Origin: Octopus bimaculoides
Lineage: Eukaryota
NCBI RefSeq assembly: GCF_001194135.2
Contig: NC_068993.1
Location: forward strand, 36,815,150 to 36,879,149
Direction: 5' to 3'
DNA: 64,000 nucleotides
Made by a program: the position numbers and the translations under genes. Of this stretch, positions 24,122 to 37,007 are shown in pieces. Under the pieces are notes generated by a model. The model ran no database searches. It saw only the letters and a program-made list of their open reading frames with translations, and was not told the DNA's origin. Position 1 is the stretch's first letter; the number at the start of each line of letters is the position of its first letter.

Positions 24122-25911
24122 CTTATGAGAGTTAAGGTTAACAGTGAATAAAAGACAACTCTTTCTGAATGAAAATAATTTACATTAAAAAAAAACAGCA
24201 AACCTTATTAAAATCATTTAGTGAAATGTAAAGGAGTATTAATATAATTAATATAGTTCAATCTACCATATTTTCTGGCATACAAGTTAACTATGTAGTG
24301 TAAATATTCAAGCATTGTCACTATCTTTCCAAATCCTGCTGCATTTCACAGACTTCTTGGTCCACCAAAGTTGTTTTGATGTACTATATGTTCACCTACT
24401 CTTTTTGGCTGTAAAAATTTGACTTGTATGCTGGAAAAAAATGGCAATTATCACTTTCTTTTCATTTGACACAAGAAAGATTATTTCGAGAAATATAGCC
24501 GACTGAATCAAGCGCGATATCTAAGAGAAATAAAAGACTAAGTAGACCACTTTGGAATTACCATAAAAACAAATGTAATTTAAGTACTTTTTTCGCAAAA
24601 ACAGAAATAAACTTTAAGGGGTGCGTAAAGTACATGAGTAAATTGTTTCCAGAATTTTTTTAGAAATTTTTTTTTTTTGTTGGAAAATGATGTACAAATG
24701 TAAACATTTGTACAGGAAGTTGACTCATTCAATGTCAGAATAGGTTTTTACAGAAAAAATATAATGAAGTGACTTTTACTTATGCTGGACGGTATAATGC
24801 TTACTTTTTCTGTATAAATTTACTAAAACCATTAAATGGTTAACTACTTTTTGAAGTTTGACATTCATGCTGGTAATCACGGTCCGGGCCATATTTTACA
24901 TTGCTTGGAGCTTCTACCTATCGCAATGGCACGAAGCAATTTCCTTAAATAGATCAGTTTTTCTCTGCTTGAAGAAGTCTAGCTTATGTTTGCCTCCAGG
25001 AAGCTATTGCTCACTTTCTCTGCGTTAGGACAATGAAATTCATGCTTTTTTTAACAATTTTTATCCTGAAAATCACATGTGCAAATTACACAGGTGCACA
25101 AATTACATGAGCTTTTACGGTATGTGTTTGGTAGGAATGGGAGAAATTTTGTAAATTTGAATATATAATTTCTTTCAGAGTAGCACAACACTGAACACAA
25201 AGTTTGAAATAGCAATCTCTGAAATTCAGCATCTTAATTATACTTCACTCAAGCTTCTTCTCATCTATACTTTACTCTTCACAAAATATCCTTTATCTTA
25301 ACACTTCTCAGTGGTTTTTGTGAAAAGAATACTAGGATCCAGTGAGATGTGTCTTTTAAATAAAATTTGTTTAATAAAACGAATGTTATAACATCCCCCC
25401 AACACAATTTTTCTTTATTCTTTTCTTTAATAGTTTCAACTTGAGAGCTGCAGCCATGCATATATATATTCTTTCTTTAAAACAATTTTTTGCTTCATTT
25501 AACCTTATTTAAATTAGACTGGCATGAGTTGCCTGTAGGAGTGAATTGTACAAGTTTTTGTAAAAATGTATAAGAGTTCCATGACAAAATAAATTTGGGA
25601 ACCACTGACCTATGTGACTACAATGCAAGACTATGATTAAAGAAGTTTATCATAAAACTGAACCTTTGTATTACATATTTTAGGCATTCACAATCAACTG
25701 ACACTTATTTTTTCTTAAGTGGCAAGGATCGGCTGGCTTTGTTACAGTCCTTTCTCATCTAATACACATAATAAAAGAGAAAGTGCCAACCTCTGCTGTT
25801 GAGTATGACATGATATTTTTCTGAATACATACACTTACAAAAAAATGTATATAAATGAATATGTTAATGAGGTTAAAAGTTATCTTCAAATATTGAAAAA
25901 GGCAAGGATAC
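24122..25911 (-). other. U12-type (minor spliceosome) GT-AG intron of THOC2
   Basis: 5' splice site GTATCCTTG (25911-25903); CCTTAAC branch motif at 24137-24131 just upstream of the terminal AAG. Confidence 0.9.
24559..25122. mobile_element. pogo/Tigger-like MITE, short form
   Basis: Ends TACCATAAAAACAAATGTAATTT and AAATTACATGAGCTTTTACGGTA; the interior is the reverse complement of parts of 58911-59955. Confidence 0.7.
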
Positions 25912-26005
25912 AAGCTAGGACATCATAAGACAATGATGTTAAGTATTTCAATGAATCCACAACTGGCACAATAAAGTTGTCATATTTCTGAATTTGTGAA
26001 AGTAC
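25912..26005 (-). CDS. THOC2: THOC2 exon [31 protein letters not shown]
   Basis: 94 nt, gtccag acceptor; donor GTATCCTT (U12-type). Confidence 0.96.
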
Positions 26006-26450
26006 CTGGACAAAAATAGACAATAAAGAATATGCAAAGAATGGAATGTATTTAAGAGGATATGGTTTTTTATTTTTATCAACTTACTAATAGAAGAATC
26101 ATTTCAAGATTAAAAGTTATTTACCACAAATATGAAGCTTTAGATATAAAAATTAAACTGTATAGTTTCCAGTGAGAAAACCTTGACATAAGAAACTGAA
26201 AAAAAATAAGGGTTACCTATATTCAATTTCCATCTACCTTAATATTTTGCTATGATTTAATAACCAGTTTCAAACAATATCTGTTTGTCCCTGCTGGCAT
26301 GGGTTAAGCCATGTGTGACAAACAGTATACTATCAATTACTCCAGACTTTCATAGCCATTCTGAAACCTTCCTTGTACCAATAGAACAAGGTATGATTTT
26401 CACCCAGTTCTCCTTGTCCATTCATATTACAGTCATCTTACATACATTAA

Positions 26451-26808
26451 GTGGAGGCGCAATGGCCCAGTGGTTAGGGCAGGGGACTCGCGGTCATAGG
26501 ATCGCAGTTTCGATTCCCAGACCGGGCGTTGTGAGTATTTATTGAGGCTCCAGCAGGGGATGGTGGTGAACCCTGCTGTACTCTTTCACCACAACTTTCT
26601 CTCACTCTTACTTCCTGTTTCTGTTGTGCCTGTGATTCAAAGGGTCAGTCTTGTCACACTGTGTCACGCTGAATATCCCCGAGAACTACGCTAAGGGTAC
26701 ACGTGTCTGTGGAGTGCTCAGCCACTTGCATGTTAATTTCACGAGCAGGCTGTTCCGTTGATCGGATCAACTGGAACCCTCGACGTCGTAAGCGACGGAG
26801 TGCCAACA
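26451..26808 (+). mobile_element. Full-length young tRNA-derived SINE
   Basis: Head GGCGCAATGGCCCAGTGGTTAG...TTCGATTCCC; (CAA) tail; 11-bp TSD ACATACATTAA at 26440-26450 and 26809-26819. Confidence 0.9.
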
Positions 26809-27069
26809 ACATACATTAAAGGCATCAGACTTTAATGACCAGCTGTTTTCTGGGAGGTCAGCATTACCCATTCAATGGCTCATGCTCATGTCCTTTTTTC
26901 CTCACTCTCCATAGCCCTTCTACATTCAATACCCATGTCTTCACACTATACAGCATCACAATGCTTATACATGTTCCATATAATCTCTCTTGTGTCTAGA
27001 GGTAGTAACACAGAAACCCTTTGTTAGAAACAGAGGCAAAGTTTCCTTACACTTCCTCCACTTCTTCCC

Positions 27070-27600
27070 AACTCTAGAGACCCAGGTATTAATTAGATCT
27101 CCTGGCTAACAGAAACTATTACTTCTCAGTTTACACTGGCAGTTTGAATTCTCTTATTTTGATGTGAACTTCGGTCTTTGCCATGTTGACATTTAGAATT
27201 TTTGATGCTAGACCAGACATGGGCTACCTTTTTTGAAAAGCAAGCCACATGAAAGCTCATCATCAGGTAGGCTACACTACTAAGAAAATTCAAGGTTATT
27301 TTAATAAACATTATAACCCTTGTGAAGTTTACCCATGGCTGCTCTGGATCATGGTTCCAGGTTTGGAACACTTGTTGTAACCCTTCAATAGATTCTGTTT
27401 CACCAACATACAAATCTTCCCAACAAGGACCAGTTAACATCAATGCTCAATTATTCAGTTACCAGAGTTGGTTCAGTCTCTTAGAAAGATACACAACTAT
27501 GAGCTGCTTACTCAGATATATAATGCTTAACCTGCCAGGCAGAATCAGTCATTAGATTTGGCTGTCAAATAACTTATGAGATTGTTCTATGTCATAGTAT
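27070..27600 (-). mobile_element. Decayed LINE reverse-transcriptase fragment
   Basis: WEDLYVGETESIEGLQQVFQTW resembles the RTE WELLYADDL..AES.EEL..KF..W segment. Confidence 0.55.
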
Positions 27601-27907
27601 TACATTAGTTTAGCACAAAATTCAAACTGAACTGAAAATTTACAGAAAAGAAATATATAATTGTGCAGAGAGATACTCAAAGTTACAATATGAGGTACAC
27701 TATGTCATCAGATTATGCAGTATTTGCTGTTAGAACTGAGCTACTATCGGCAGATGGCCTATAACTCCAGAAAGTTTGCTGTCGACCCAGAAAGGATGAA
27801 AGTCAAAGTTGACCTTGGCAGAATTTGAACTCAGAACATAGTAGCAGATGAAATACCACAAAGCATTTCGCCCAGTGGACTAACAATTCTGCCAGCTAGC
27901 CGCCTTC

Positions 27908-27948
<41 letters not shown>
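27908..27948. repeat. (TAA)n microsatellite (SINE tail)
   Basis: Read directly from the sequence. Confidence 0.95.
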
Positions 27949-28203
27949 CTTTTCTACTATAGGCATAAAGCCTGAAATTTTGGGGGAGGAGGGTAGTCAA
28001 TTACATTGACCCTAGTGTGTAACTGGTACTTATTTCATCAACCTCTAAAGAATGAAAGACAAAGTCAACCTCAGTGGAATTTGAATTCAGAACATAAATG
28101 CAGCATTTTGTCTGGATTGCTAATGATTCTGCCAGCTCACCGCCTTACAGTACTTTCCTAATAACCGTAATAACAGCAACAAAAAAGAGACCAAAGTACT
28201 TAC

Positions 28204-28288
28204 ATATTCAAAAAGAACACCAGGGTTACTGTGGCTGAGTTTACCCAATTGTCTTCCAGAAGGTTTTACATTTTCTTTTGAAAGTCGC
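28204..28288 (-). CDS. THOC2: THOC2 exon [28 protein letters not shown]
   Basis: 85 nt, ttatag/gtaagt. Confidence 0.97.
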
Positions 28289-30418
28289 CTATAAATAAAG
28301 AACGAAAAAATAAGTGAAAAAGAAATTAAGCTCTTAACATCATCATCATCATTTAACATCCACTATTCCATGTTTGGATGGAACTTGTTGAGACAGATTT
28401 TCTACAGCAAGATGCATTCCTGTTACCAACCCTCACTTGTTTCCAAGTAAGTTTCTCCCTATGGCCAGACATGTTTCCACAGATGATTGGAAACAAAGCA
28501 ACCCTTTGCATAACAGTAACATTCATTTACAATTATCACATGACATCATGGTAAGGAGACAACACAAACACACATTTATACAATGTAGAGGCACATGGCT
28601 TAGTGGTTAGGGTGTTGGACTCATGATCATAAGATTGCGATTTTGATTCCTGGACCAGGTGATGCATTGTATTCCTGAGAAAAACTACTTCATTTCATGT
28701 TGCTCCAATCCACTTGGCTGTCAAAAGTGAGTAATCCTGCAACAGACCAGTGTCCCATCCAGGTGGGGAATATATACACACCAAAGAAACTGGGAAACCA
28801 GCCCTTTGAATCTATATGACTAAAGAAGGATGTTTATCCTTTATACATATCTTATCTTATACAATGGGCTACAGGATGAAATTTGTTAGAGAAGACTTTT
28901 AATAGGGTGTGAGAACATCAAGTGCTTAATATCAGTAACAAATTGTTCCAGCTGCACTACTGTCACAGCAATTGTTGACAACAAGTATCAATAAAGGTAA
29001 AAACTCCAATCAAACTGTTGCATTGCAAAACAGTCCCAACCTCATCATTTAACGTCTGCTTTCCATGCTGGCATGGGTTGGATGGTTTGATATGGAGCTG
29101 GCTAGCATGGAGCTGTCCAGACACCAGTGTGAAATATGGTTGTGATGCAACAATGCAACAACTACTGCGAGAAGGTAACATATATTACTAGTTGTATAGT
29201 CTTTAACCAACCTATATGAGCATGAACCAGTGAGGGAGCTTCCTTCAAATGGTAAAAAATAGCAGCCAAATCTCCTAAAAATCTTACCGTACCATCTTAA
29301 AAAGGATGGACACAGAGAATAATGTAGTCCTTTGTCTCAAAGGAGAAGATGGTCATAGTTGGAATATTTTATCAATCTAGGCTGGCTTAATACTAAAAAA
29401 TACCAGATACAAATAATAGATATGACGATGGTGGTGACAATGATAATTGAGAAAATTCAATCCCAATCTCCAGAAATCTTTATCCAAAAACATCACACAG
29501 TATTCAGCATCATCATCATAATGTTCCGAGTTCAAATTTCACTGAAGTCGACTTTGTCTTTCATCCTTTTGGGGGTCAATGAAATAAGTACCAGTTGAGC
29601 ACTGGGGGTCGATGTAATCGACTTACGCCTTCCTCCAAAACTGCTGCAAAACTATGCAGCTTGCAACACTACGAACCCTGAGTGAGGTGGTTTTTATACA
29701 AAGCAATGAAGGGTTAAGTATAGAGAAGGGGTCAGAGAAGAACAGGTTTCTTACTATAGAGGAGCTACACTGCTATACACATTTCAAAGGGGGTGATCGG
29801 GATGGAGCAGAGAAGAGATTAAACAGTAATGATGAGGTGTCTTTGTGGACACTTAGGGTACAAGTGATCCGAAGTAAATTAGGGCAGAACTGAATGTGTT
29901 GGGGTGTAGGAGTTGGAAGAGTGTAAGGGAGAGTGAGAGATGGGAAGTGGGTGATGGGGGGAGAATATAATGAATGAAGAACAAATGTGAAGTGGATGAT
30001 AAGTAGGTGACAACTGTCAAGACTGAATGAGATTGAGGTGTGTTGGATGTAGTGAATGGTGAATAGGAGTGATGAGTGATCAATGATGCATGGGGGTGAA
30101 GAGAAGTAGAACAATAATGATGATGAGTAAACAGAGGAAAGATGTGAGAGAGAAAGAGAGAGAAGAGTGGTTGGACTATGTATTTGTCATTAAACAAACT
30201 ACATTTAACCTGGCTATGTCCAGCCTTTCACACTCACCCTGCAATGTCATTCTAAAAACAAAGATTCACATAATTGAAATCTTGAAGCTGCTGGACAACG
30301 TATAATTAATTCAAAACAGAGTAATCTGAAATGCTAGAGAGTCAAACTGGCCAAAAAAACAGATCTGGTCATTTTCATGAAAACAGAAGAAATTATCTGA
30401 TCAAAAAAATTTACTTAC

Positions 30419-30520
30419 TTCATAATATACTTGGCTCTTTCTAAACAGTTAACTTTGGCATGTATCATTTTTGCATGTAGAGTATATGTTTCATTTTTCC
30501 AGTGTCCATACAGACGGTAT
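30419..30520 (-). CDS. THOC2: THOC2 exon [12 protein letters not shown]...ERAKYIM
   Basis: 102 nt, gttcag/gtaagt. Confidence 0.96.
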
Positions 30521-31972
30521 CTGAACAAAGATATTCCAACAGACAATCATTAAAGAAACATAATTTGGGTTTAATCATGAACCACTAATATATAACATTA
30601 TCAATATAATTAATGATAGGCAAATCCTGAAGAATTAACCAAAATTTAAATTTTAAAGAACCATTTAGAAATTGATTCAAAATAACTGAATTCCACCCTG
30701 CCTAAAATTACAGCTCATTTGTTTTTACATTGATTTTTCCATGCTGGCACCAGTCAAATGAATATATTGTTGAGGCATTGTTCTACTTCTATTTTTCTGA
30801 TATCAAAATTTCAGTTGTTGCTCATCATTGTCATAATTTAACATCTGTTTTCCATGCTGGCATAGGTTGGACAGTTTGACATGGAGTTGGCTAGCAGGGA
30901 GCTGTCCAGACTCCTGTGGCTTGGTTTCTATAACTGGATGCACTTCCTAACATCAACCACTTTACAGAGAGTACTGGGTGCTTTTTACACAGTACCATCA
31001 CCAGTGCTTTTTACGTGTTACTAACACTAGTACTTTTCATGTGACACCAGCAAGAACACCATTGCTTTTATGTGGCACCTTGGTTTTAGGATATCAATTC
31101 TGTTGTGGTGAGCAGATCTTTTTGAGTACAGCAATATGCCTCATTCAATAAATTACAAGTTAGTATTTTTAGAAGGGACAGGCAATGGTGAAGTAGCACA
31201 AACATAGCTATGTGGTTCAGAAGTTTGTTCTCCAGCCACATGATTTCAGGTTCAATCCCACTGCATAGTACTTGGGGCAATTGTTTTCTGAGCTGACAAA
31301 ACAAGTGAGTGGATTTGGTATATACATAGGTGTATAAAGTGTGCAAGTGTGTGTGTGTATGTTTGTGTCTCCTTTTCTTGACAGTGTGTAATAATTGTAA
31401 ATGAGTGTCACTGTCATATAAGCAGTATAATTCATTTTCAATATTTTATGAAAACTTACCTCACCATGGGGAAATATAACCTTGCTTGGAAACAGGTGTG
31501 GGTTGGCGACAGGAAGGGCATCTGGCTATAGAAAATCTGCCACAATAAAACTAGGTGCAACCTATGCAAGCATGGAAAAGTGGCTATCAAAATGATGATG
31601 ATTTTTAGAAGTAACTCTACTGCTTTACATCAATTTTGACTCTCAGAGCAAATGGCAATAATTTTCATTTATAAATTTTTAGCAATATACTACTGAAGAC
31701 CAGCACTTTAATATCTGATTTTAAAACAGGAAGAAATCTTAGTTTTTGATTCATAAAAAAGAAAAAACTGGTGCCTCAGCATGGCCACAGCTCCTGAGCT
31801 GAAAATGGTTAAAGAGTATATACATTTCATTTATGAATTCATTAATTATAATAACAAAATTCAATAAACAGACAAATGTAATTATATAGCAAAATTAATT
31901 CATATAAATCTGATAATGACTAAAGAAAAAAAAAAGGGGCGAGGAAACAGTTTAATGAAATACAAAACTTAC

Positions 31973-32133
31973 CTGAGTTCATAGGGGAATAGCTTAAGAA
32001 AACTCCACAGCTCTTCTGAGAGGCAACAGTTACAAGGAAGCAATGTCAAACTAGGTAGCAGCACTTCATCCAATATGGTTAGAAACCCATAAAATGTGAT
32101 ATCATCTTCTGGCTTAATTTTCCTTTCTTGACG
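31973..32133 (-). CDS. THOC2: THOC2 exon RQERK...DEVLLPSLTLLPCNCCLSEELWSFLKLFPYEL
   Basis: 161 nt, tttcag/gtaagt. Confidence 0.95.
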
Positions 32134-32431
32134 CTGAAACCAGAAGGTTGATTGTCGTGTTAATTATGTGGGGTCAGAGAGAGAGTGTGTGTGTGTGTGT
32201 GTGTGAAAAAATAAAGAAAAACAAAAACAAAAGAGGGAGGGATGGACGGAGGGATGGGCAGTCGGACAGATAGATGGCTGATGTCAAGACATTGAGCTTT
32301 GTGAAGGAGATGACTAAGCTTAACTGCTTATGATAAATGGTAGTAGTGTGATGATGGTAATAGTGTTATCAAATTAATTTCTATTTATTAATAACTGAAA
32401 TAGAAATATATAGGAGAGGAATAATTCATAC

Positions 32432-32624
32432 TTTAATCATAAAACTTTTCCCAATTCGAATAAATTTCACCAAAAGAATGACATCATATGAAGCATGTGG
32501 ACCAAGATAAGTCAACATTGGAAAAACATCTTCGTATAGTTTTAGGAAAGAACCAGCTCTTTCCAAATTTTGGATTTTGTCTTTCGATTTCCTTTTCAAA
32601 ACTGCAGCAGGAAAACCAGTGTTT
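32432..32624 (-). CDS. THOC2: THOC2 exon NTGFPAA...VFPMLTYLGPHASYDVILLVKFIRIGKSFMIK
   Basis: 193 nt, tcttag/gtatga. Confidence 0.94.
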
Positions 32625-34366
32625 CTAAGAAGAAAATATTACAAAAAAATTATTAATTACAAGATGAAATTTCAAATTTCAGAGATTTGCATAGTCATGA
32701 ATTCATTTTTAAAAAATCGTTCAACTACTTGGTTGTGTGGGAAAGAAAGGAATGAGCAAATAAAGACAAGTTGAGGGAATTCTCTTAAGGACAGGAGAAC
32801 CCTCTAGTAAACAAATAGAGAGAACTTGCTAATCTTGCTGGAGACAAGATAACATCTCTAGTGCTGGTGCCACAATAAAGTGATTGGTGATAGGAAAAAC
32901 TATGCCCAAACTAAAACCTGTTAACAAGACGTGATCCTTGACTCACTAAGAAGAGCAGTAACTTCAAACAAGGATTCGAACTGTGATGACCTCCCCTATC
33001 ACTTATTCATAGCCATCACTCTCACGCATTCATGATCACCCATTTTCATAGTATCCATGATTCACCACCACATTAATTTTTATCTCTTCCACATATTACT
33101 GAGATCCAGCATTCTTTCACTTCCACTACTCACTCATCTATAAACCAATCTCTCCTCTAATATCACAATGCTCAGGTTATTTTTATTCATCTCCTTGTCA
33201 CCACTCATAATATAACTATCTCTTCGGTTCTTTTATCATCCTCTTGGGCATGATGTTTCTATAGAATTCCCTACTACAATTCCACTCTTTTCTATCACCC
33301 TTTTGTCTGTGTATTCTTCCCACCTAGTTGTGTGAGAAAGAAAAAAAACTCAGGGAGAGAGAAAACTAAGAGAAGAGGGAGACATTCTTTCATCTTGCCA
33401 GGATGAGACAAACTTCTTTAGCGCAGGTGTCATGACAAAATGGAGACAACATAGAGTAGAGATGCCTCTTTAGTTTTGCTGGAGATAATGATGACGATGA
33501 TAAGGTGGCCCTTTAGTGCTGGTGCTACAATAAAATGCATCCAGAACACACTGTAAATTAAGGCATCCAGCCTGGGAAACTGTAGCAAGACATAGTCCCC
33601 AACTCAAATTTAGGAGAACAATAACTCTTAATAATAACCAACTCAACTATGAAGGACTGTATAACCCATACTAGCATAGAAAAGCAGACATCTGATGTTA
33701 TTGAGAACAAATCAATAACTTTGTAATATCAACTGATGAAGCAGTAACATAAATACAACTTACTCTTGAATAAGTTCAAATAAGGGAATGGATTATTCTT
33801 TTTCATTAACATATTTCTGTTACAATACACTAACTTTTTACACATTATTTTGAAAATACTGAAGAATTTATTAGAACTTTGTCATTATTAAGCTGGTATT
33901 TGGAACATAAATTAACATGAAATTTTGTTTTAGTTTAGAACACTTTGAAACAGTTGATATTTGAAATGTTGGTATTATAGAACCAGGGGCAGACTCATGC
34001 AAGTTGGTACTAAAATAGTTAAAGCACTCAATAATTGAACTGTAGGTTTATGAGATGAGAATGATAAATTGAAAGGCAGCAAGCTAGCAGAATTGTTACT
34101 GCAATGGATAAAATGCTTAGTGGCATTTCTTCCAGCTCTTTATGTTCTGAGTTTAAATGCTATCAAGATCAGCTTTGCTTTTCATCCTTTCAGGGCTGAT
34201 AAAAATAAGTACCAGTGGAGCATTGGGGTTTATATAATCAACTTATTCCACCCCACAAAAAAATCTGATTGTCACATGCCAAAATTTGAAACCAATGATA
34301 ACAAATTGATAACTAAAAGATAAATTAATGCATAGTGATTGAAGGAATAAAATAGACATAACTTAC

Positions 34367-34539
34367 TCCCTGTATATAGGTTCAATTAGTGAATGGATTA
34401 AAGTACACAAGGCTTGAGCTGTTGGTTTATGAGATGTGACAAAGTAATCAGGGATTCTATCCATAATAGCTTTAGCATGTGGCCAATCTCCAACACTTAA
34501 CAAGGCTTTGCACAAGCCAAGTTTCTGATTGCTGTCTTG
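34367..34539 (-). CDS. THOC2: THOC2 exon [19 protein letters not shown]...IEPIYR
   Basis: 173 nt, ttttag/gtaagt. Confidence 0.95.
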
Positions 34540-34651
34540 CTAAAAGAAATGAAACAAAACAAGAAATTAACATCAAATCAACAACAGAAACTATTATTAA
34601 ATATAATAGAAAGGGATTTCTTTAAAATATAATTCCAAATTTCATACTTAC

Positions 34652-34801
34652 TAGATTGATTTTAGCATCGTTATCATTTTCTTTGTCCTTCTCATTGGCC
34701 TTGTCTGACACACAAACTATACTAAGCTTGCGAGCTAGTTGCTTAGCCTCCAGTAAAATACGTTGGTGATACTCAACGATGCTCGTATCAGCAGGACATA
34801 A
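34652..34801 (-). CDS. THOC2: THOC2 exon LCPADTSIVEYHQRILLEAKQLARKL...KINL
   Basis: 150 nt, ttgcag/gtaagt. Confidence 0.94.
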
Positions 34802-36029
34802 CTGCAAAAGATGCGTTCAAATCAATCTATTATTTGCTGAATTTAAACATTTCAATAAAACACATAAAAAGTAATTTTGCTTCTTATTTTCTGTTTCTTA
34901 TCAAAAATTACCAATATCATCATTCCATTTTAACATTTGCTTTTCCATGCTTGCATTGAGTTAAAGCTGAGGCAGATTTTTCTGTGGCTGGATGCTCTTC
35001 TTTTCACCAACCCTTACACATTTCTAAGTAAGGTAATATTTTCCCTAGTTCAGACATGTTTTCATGGAGGATTGCAAGCACCATTCATTCAACAGTGGCA
35101 TCTGTTACAAGTATCTGGTGAAATCAAAACTGGCACTCTGCCGGTTATGATGGACAAGGATTCCAATCCAATCAACAGAACAACCTGCAAGTGGCTGAGC
35201 ACTCCACAGATACATGTACCCTTAACATACATCTCAGGGAGATTCAGCATGACACAGAGTGACAGGGCTTGTACAACTCATTTTTGCCAGCTGAGTGAAC
35301 TAGAGTAACATGAAATAAAGTGTCTTGCTCAAGGACACAACACATCACCAGGAATTGAACTCACTTTACAATCTTAAGCCAAATACCCTAACCACTTAGC
35401 CATGCATCATCACAGTGAAATCAAGACAAGGATACCACAACACACAAATGTCTGCATGCAAGTATGTATCAGCATTGTTGTTTTAATGTCACCTTTGCAT
35501 GGCTAAGATAGAATTCATTGAGTCGGATTTTCTATGGTCTGATGCTCTTCCTGTTGCCAGCCCTTACAGGTTTCCAAACAAGGTAATATTCTCTCTAGGT
35601 TTTCGTAGAAGATTGTACACACAAATTACATTCATCTACAATTACTACATAATGTCAAAACACACACACACAATAAGATTTATTTCAGTTTTTGTCTACC
35701 AAATTCACTCACAAGGCTTCAATCAGTGTGGGGTTAAAGTAGAAGACATTTGCCCAAAGTACTGTGCAGTGTGACTGAAACCACATAGTTGCAAAACAAA
35801 CTTCTTAACCACACTGTTGTGCCTGTACCCTTTTATTGAAATTTTCAACAACCAATAAGATGAATAAAACAATTAAAAAATTGAAGAAAGTTGACCAATG
35901 TATAAAAAAAATATATATAGAACCATATGTGTGTGTATACATATATATATATTGATGTATTTTGGGATGGTATTTTTTTTTTTTTTGCCAAATAAACACA
36001 TGCACTATATATTCAATCTTCACTCGTTT

Positions 36030-36479
36030 ATTAATGTTCTTATTCTAACTCGTGTCCATTGTCCATCTTTCATCACACATCTGTGACCTCCTCAGTGACA
36101 TCTTCCATCTGCATGTATGCTCTTGCTCTGCTTATTCCATTCTATTCTTCTAAGATGTATATCGTAATATGCGCATGCATCTGGGTTTGTGTGTGTGTCA
36201 TTGCTCTTAGTAGTACTATGTCCCTCCCCTCAGCCCCATCCCCTACCCTATTGTCGATGCTGTTACCCTTGAATTCGACCTTACGTACTGTTCTTGTAAC
36301 TCACTGTGTTTGTGTTTGTTTGCCCACACTGATGCTATCATGGTAGATGTTGTTGTTGCCATTGTTGCTGATATTGTTGCAGCTGCCAGTGAAGTTACCG
36401 CATGTGTGTTTGAGTGTATCAGTGCCCTTTATACAGTTAGTTTTTTCTTCACATAAGGAATCTGGCAATACAAGTTCAT

Positions 36480-36480
<1 letters not shown>
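36030..36480 (-). mobile_element. Possible Penelope-like element 3' remnant
   Basis: CGNFTG..NNI...IY...SVGKQT resembles the GIY-YIG FTC.S.N.IY...YIGET motif; followed by a hammerhead-like motif and AATAAA. Confidence 0.35.
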
Positions 36481-36515
<35 letters not shown>

Positions 36516-36914
36516 ACACACACACACACAGGTGCAGGTGTGGTAAGAAGTTTGCTTCCCAAACACATGGTCCCGGGTTCAGTCCTACTGCATGGCATCT
36601 TGGACAAGTGTCTTTTACTATAGCATCGGGCCAACCAAAACCTTGTGAGCAGATTTGGTAGACGGAAACTGAAAGAAGCCAATCGTATATGTATGTGTGT
36701 GTTTGTGCCCCACCACAGACTGACAACTGATGTTGGTGTGTTTATATCCCCATAACTTAGCAGTTCGGCAAAAAGGACTAGATAGAATAAGTACTAGGCT
36801 TGCAAAGAATAAGTCCTGGGGTTGATTTCTTCAACTAGAGGCAGTGCTCCAGCATGGCTGCAGTCAAATGACTGAAACAAGTAAAAAAAAATGAAGGAAT
36901 ATATATGTACTTAC

Positions 36915-37007
36915 ATGTGGATATAAGTCATCCAGTTCTATGAGGTTATGTTTTAATAAAAGTGCTGCAACTTTATACAAAGAATCTGGACTATCTTCAG
37001 CAGCAGA
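36915..37007 (-). CDS. THOC2: THOC2 exon SAAEDSPDSLYKVAALLLKHNLIELDDLYPH
   Basis: 93 nt, ttacag/gtaagt. Confidence 0.96.

Noticed and set aside
26451-26525. tRNA-like sequence with A and B boxes
   Set aside because: It is the head of a SINE with body, tail and TSD, not a tRNA gene.
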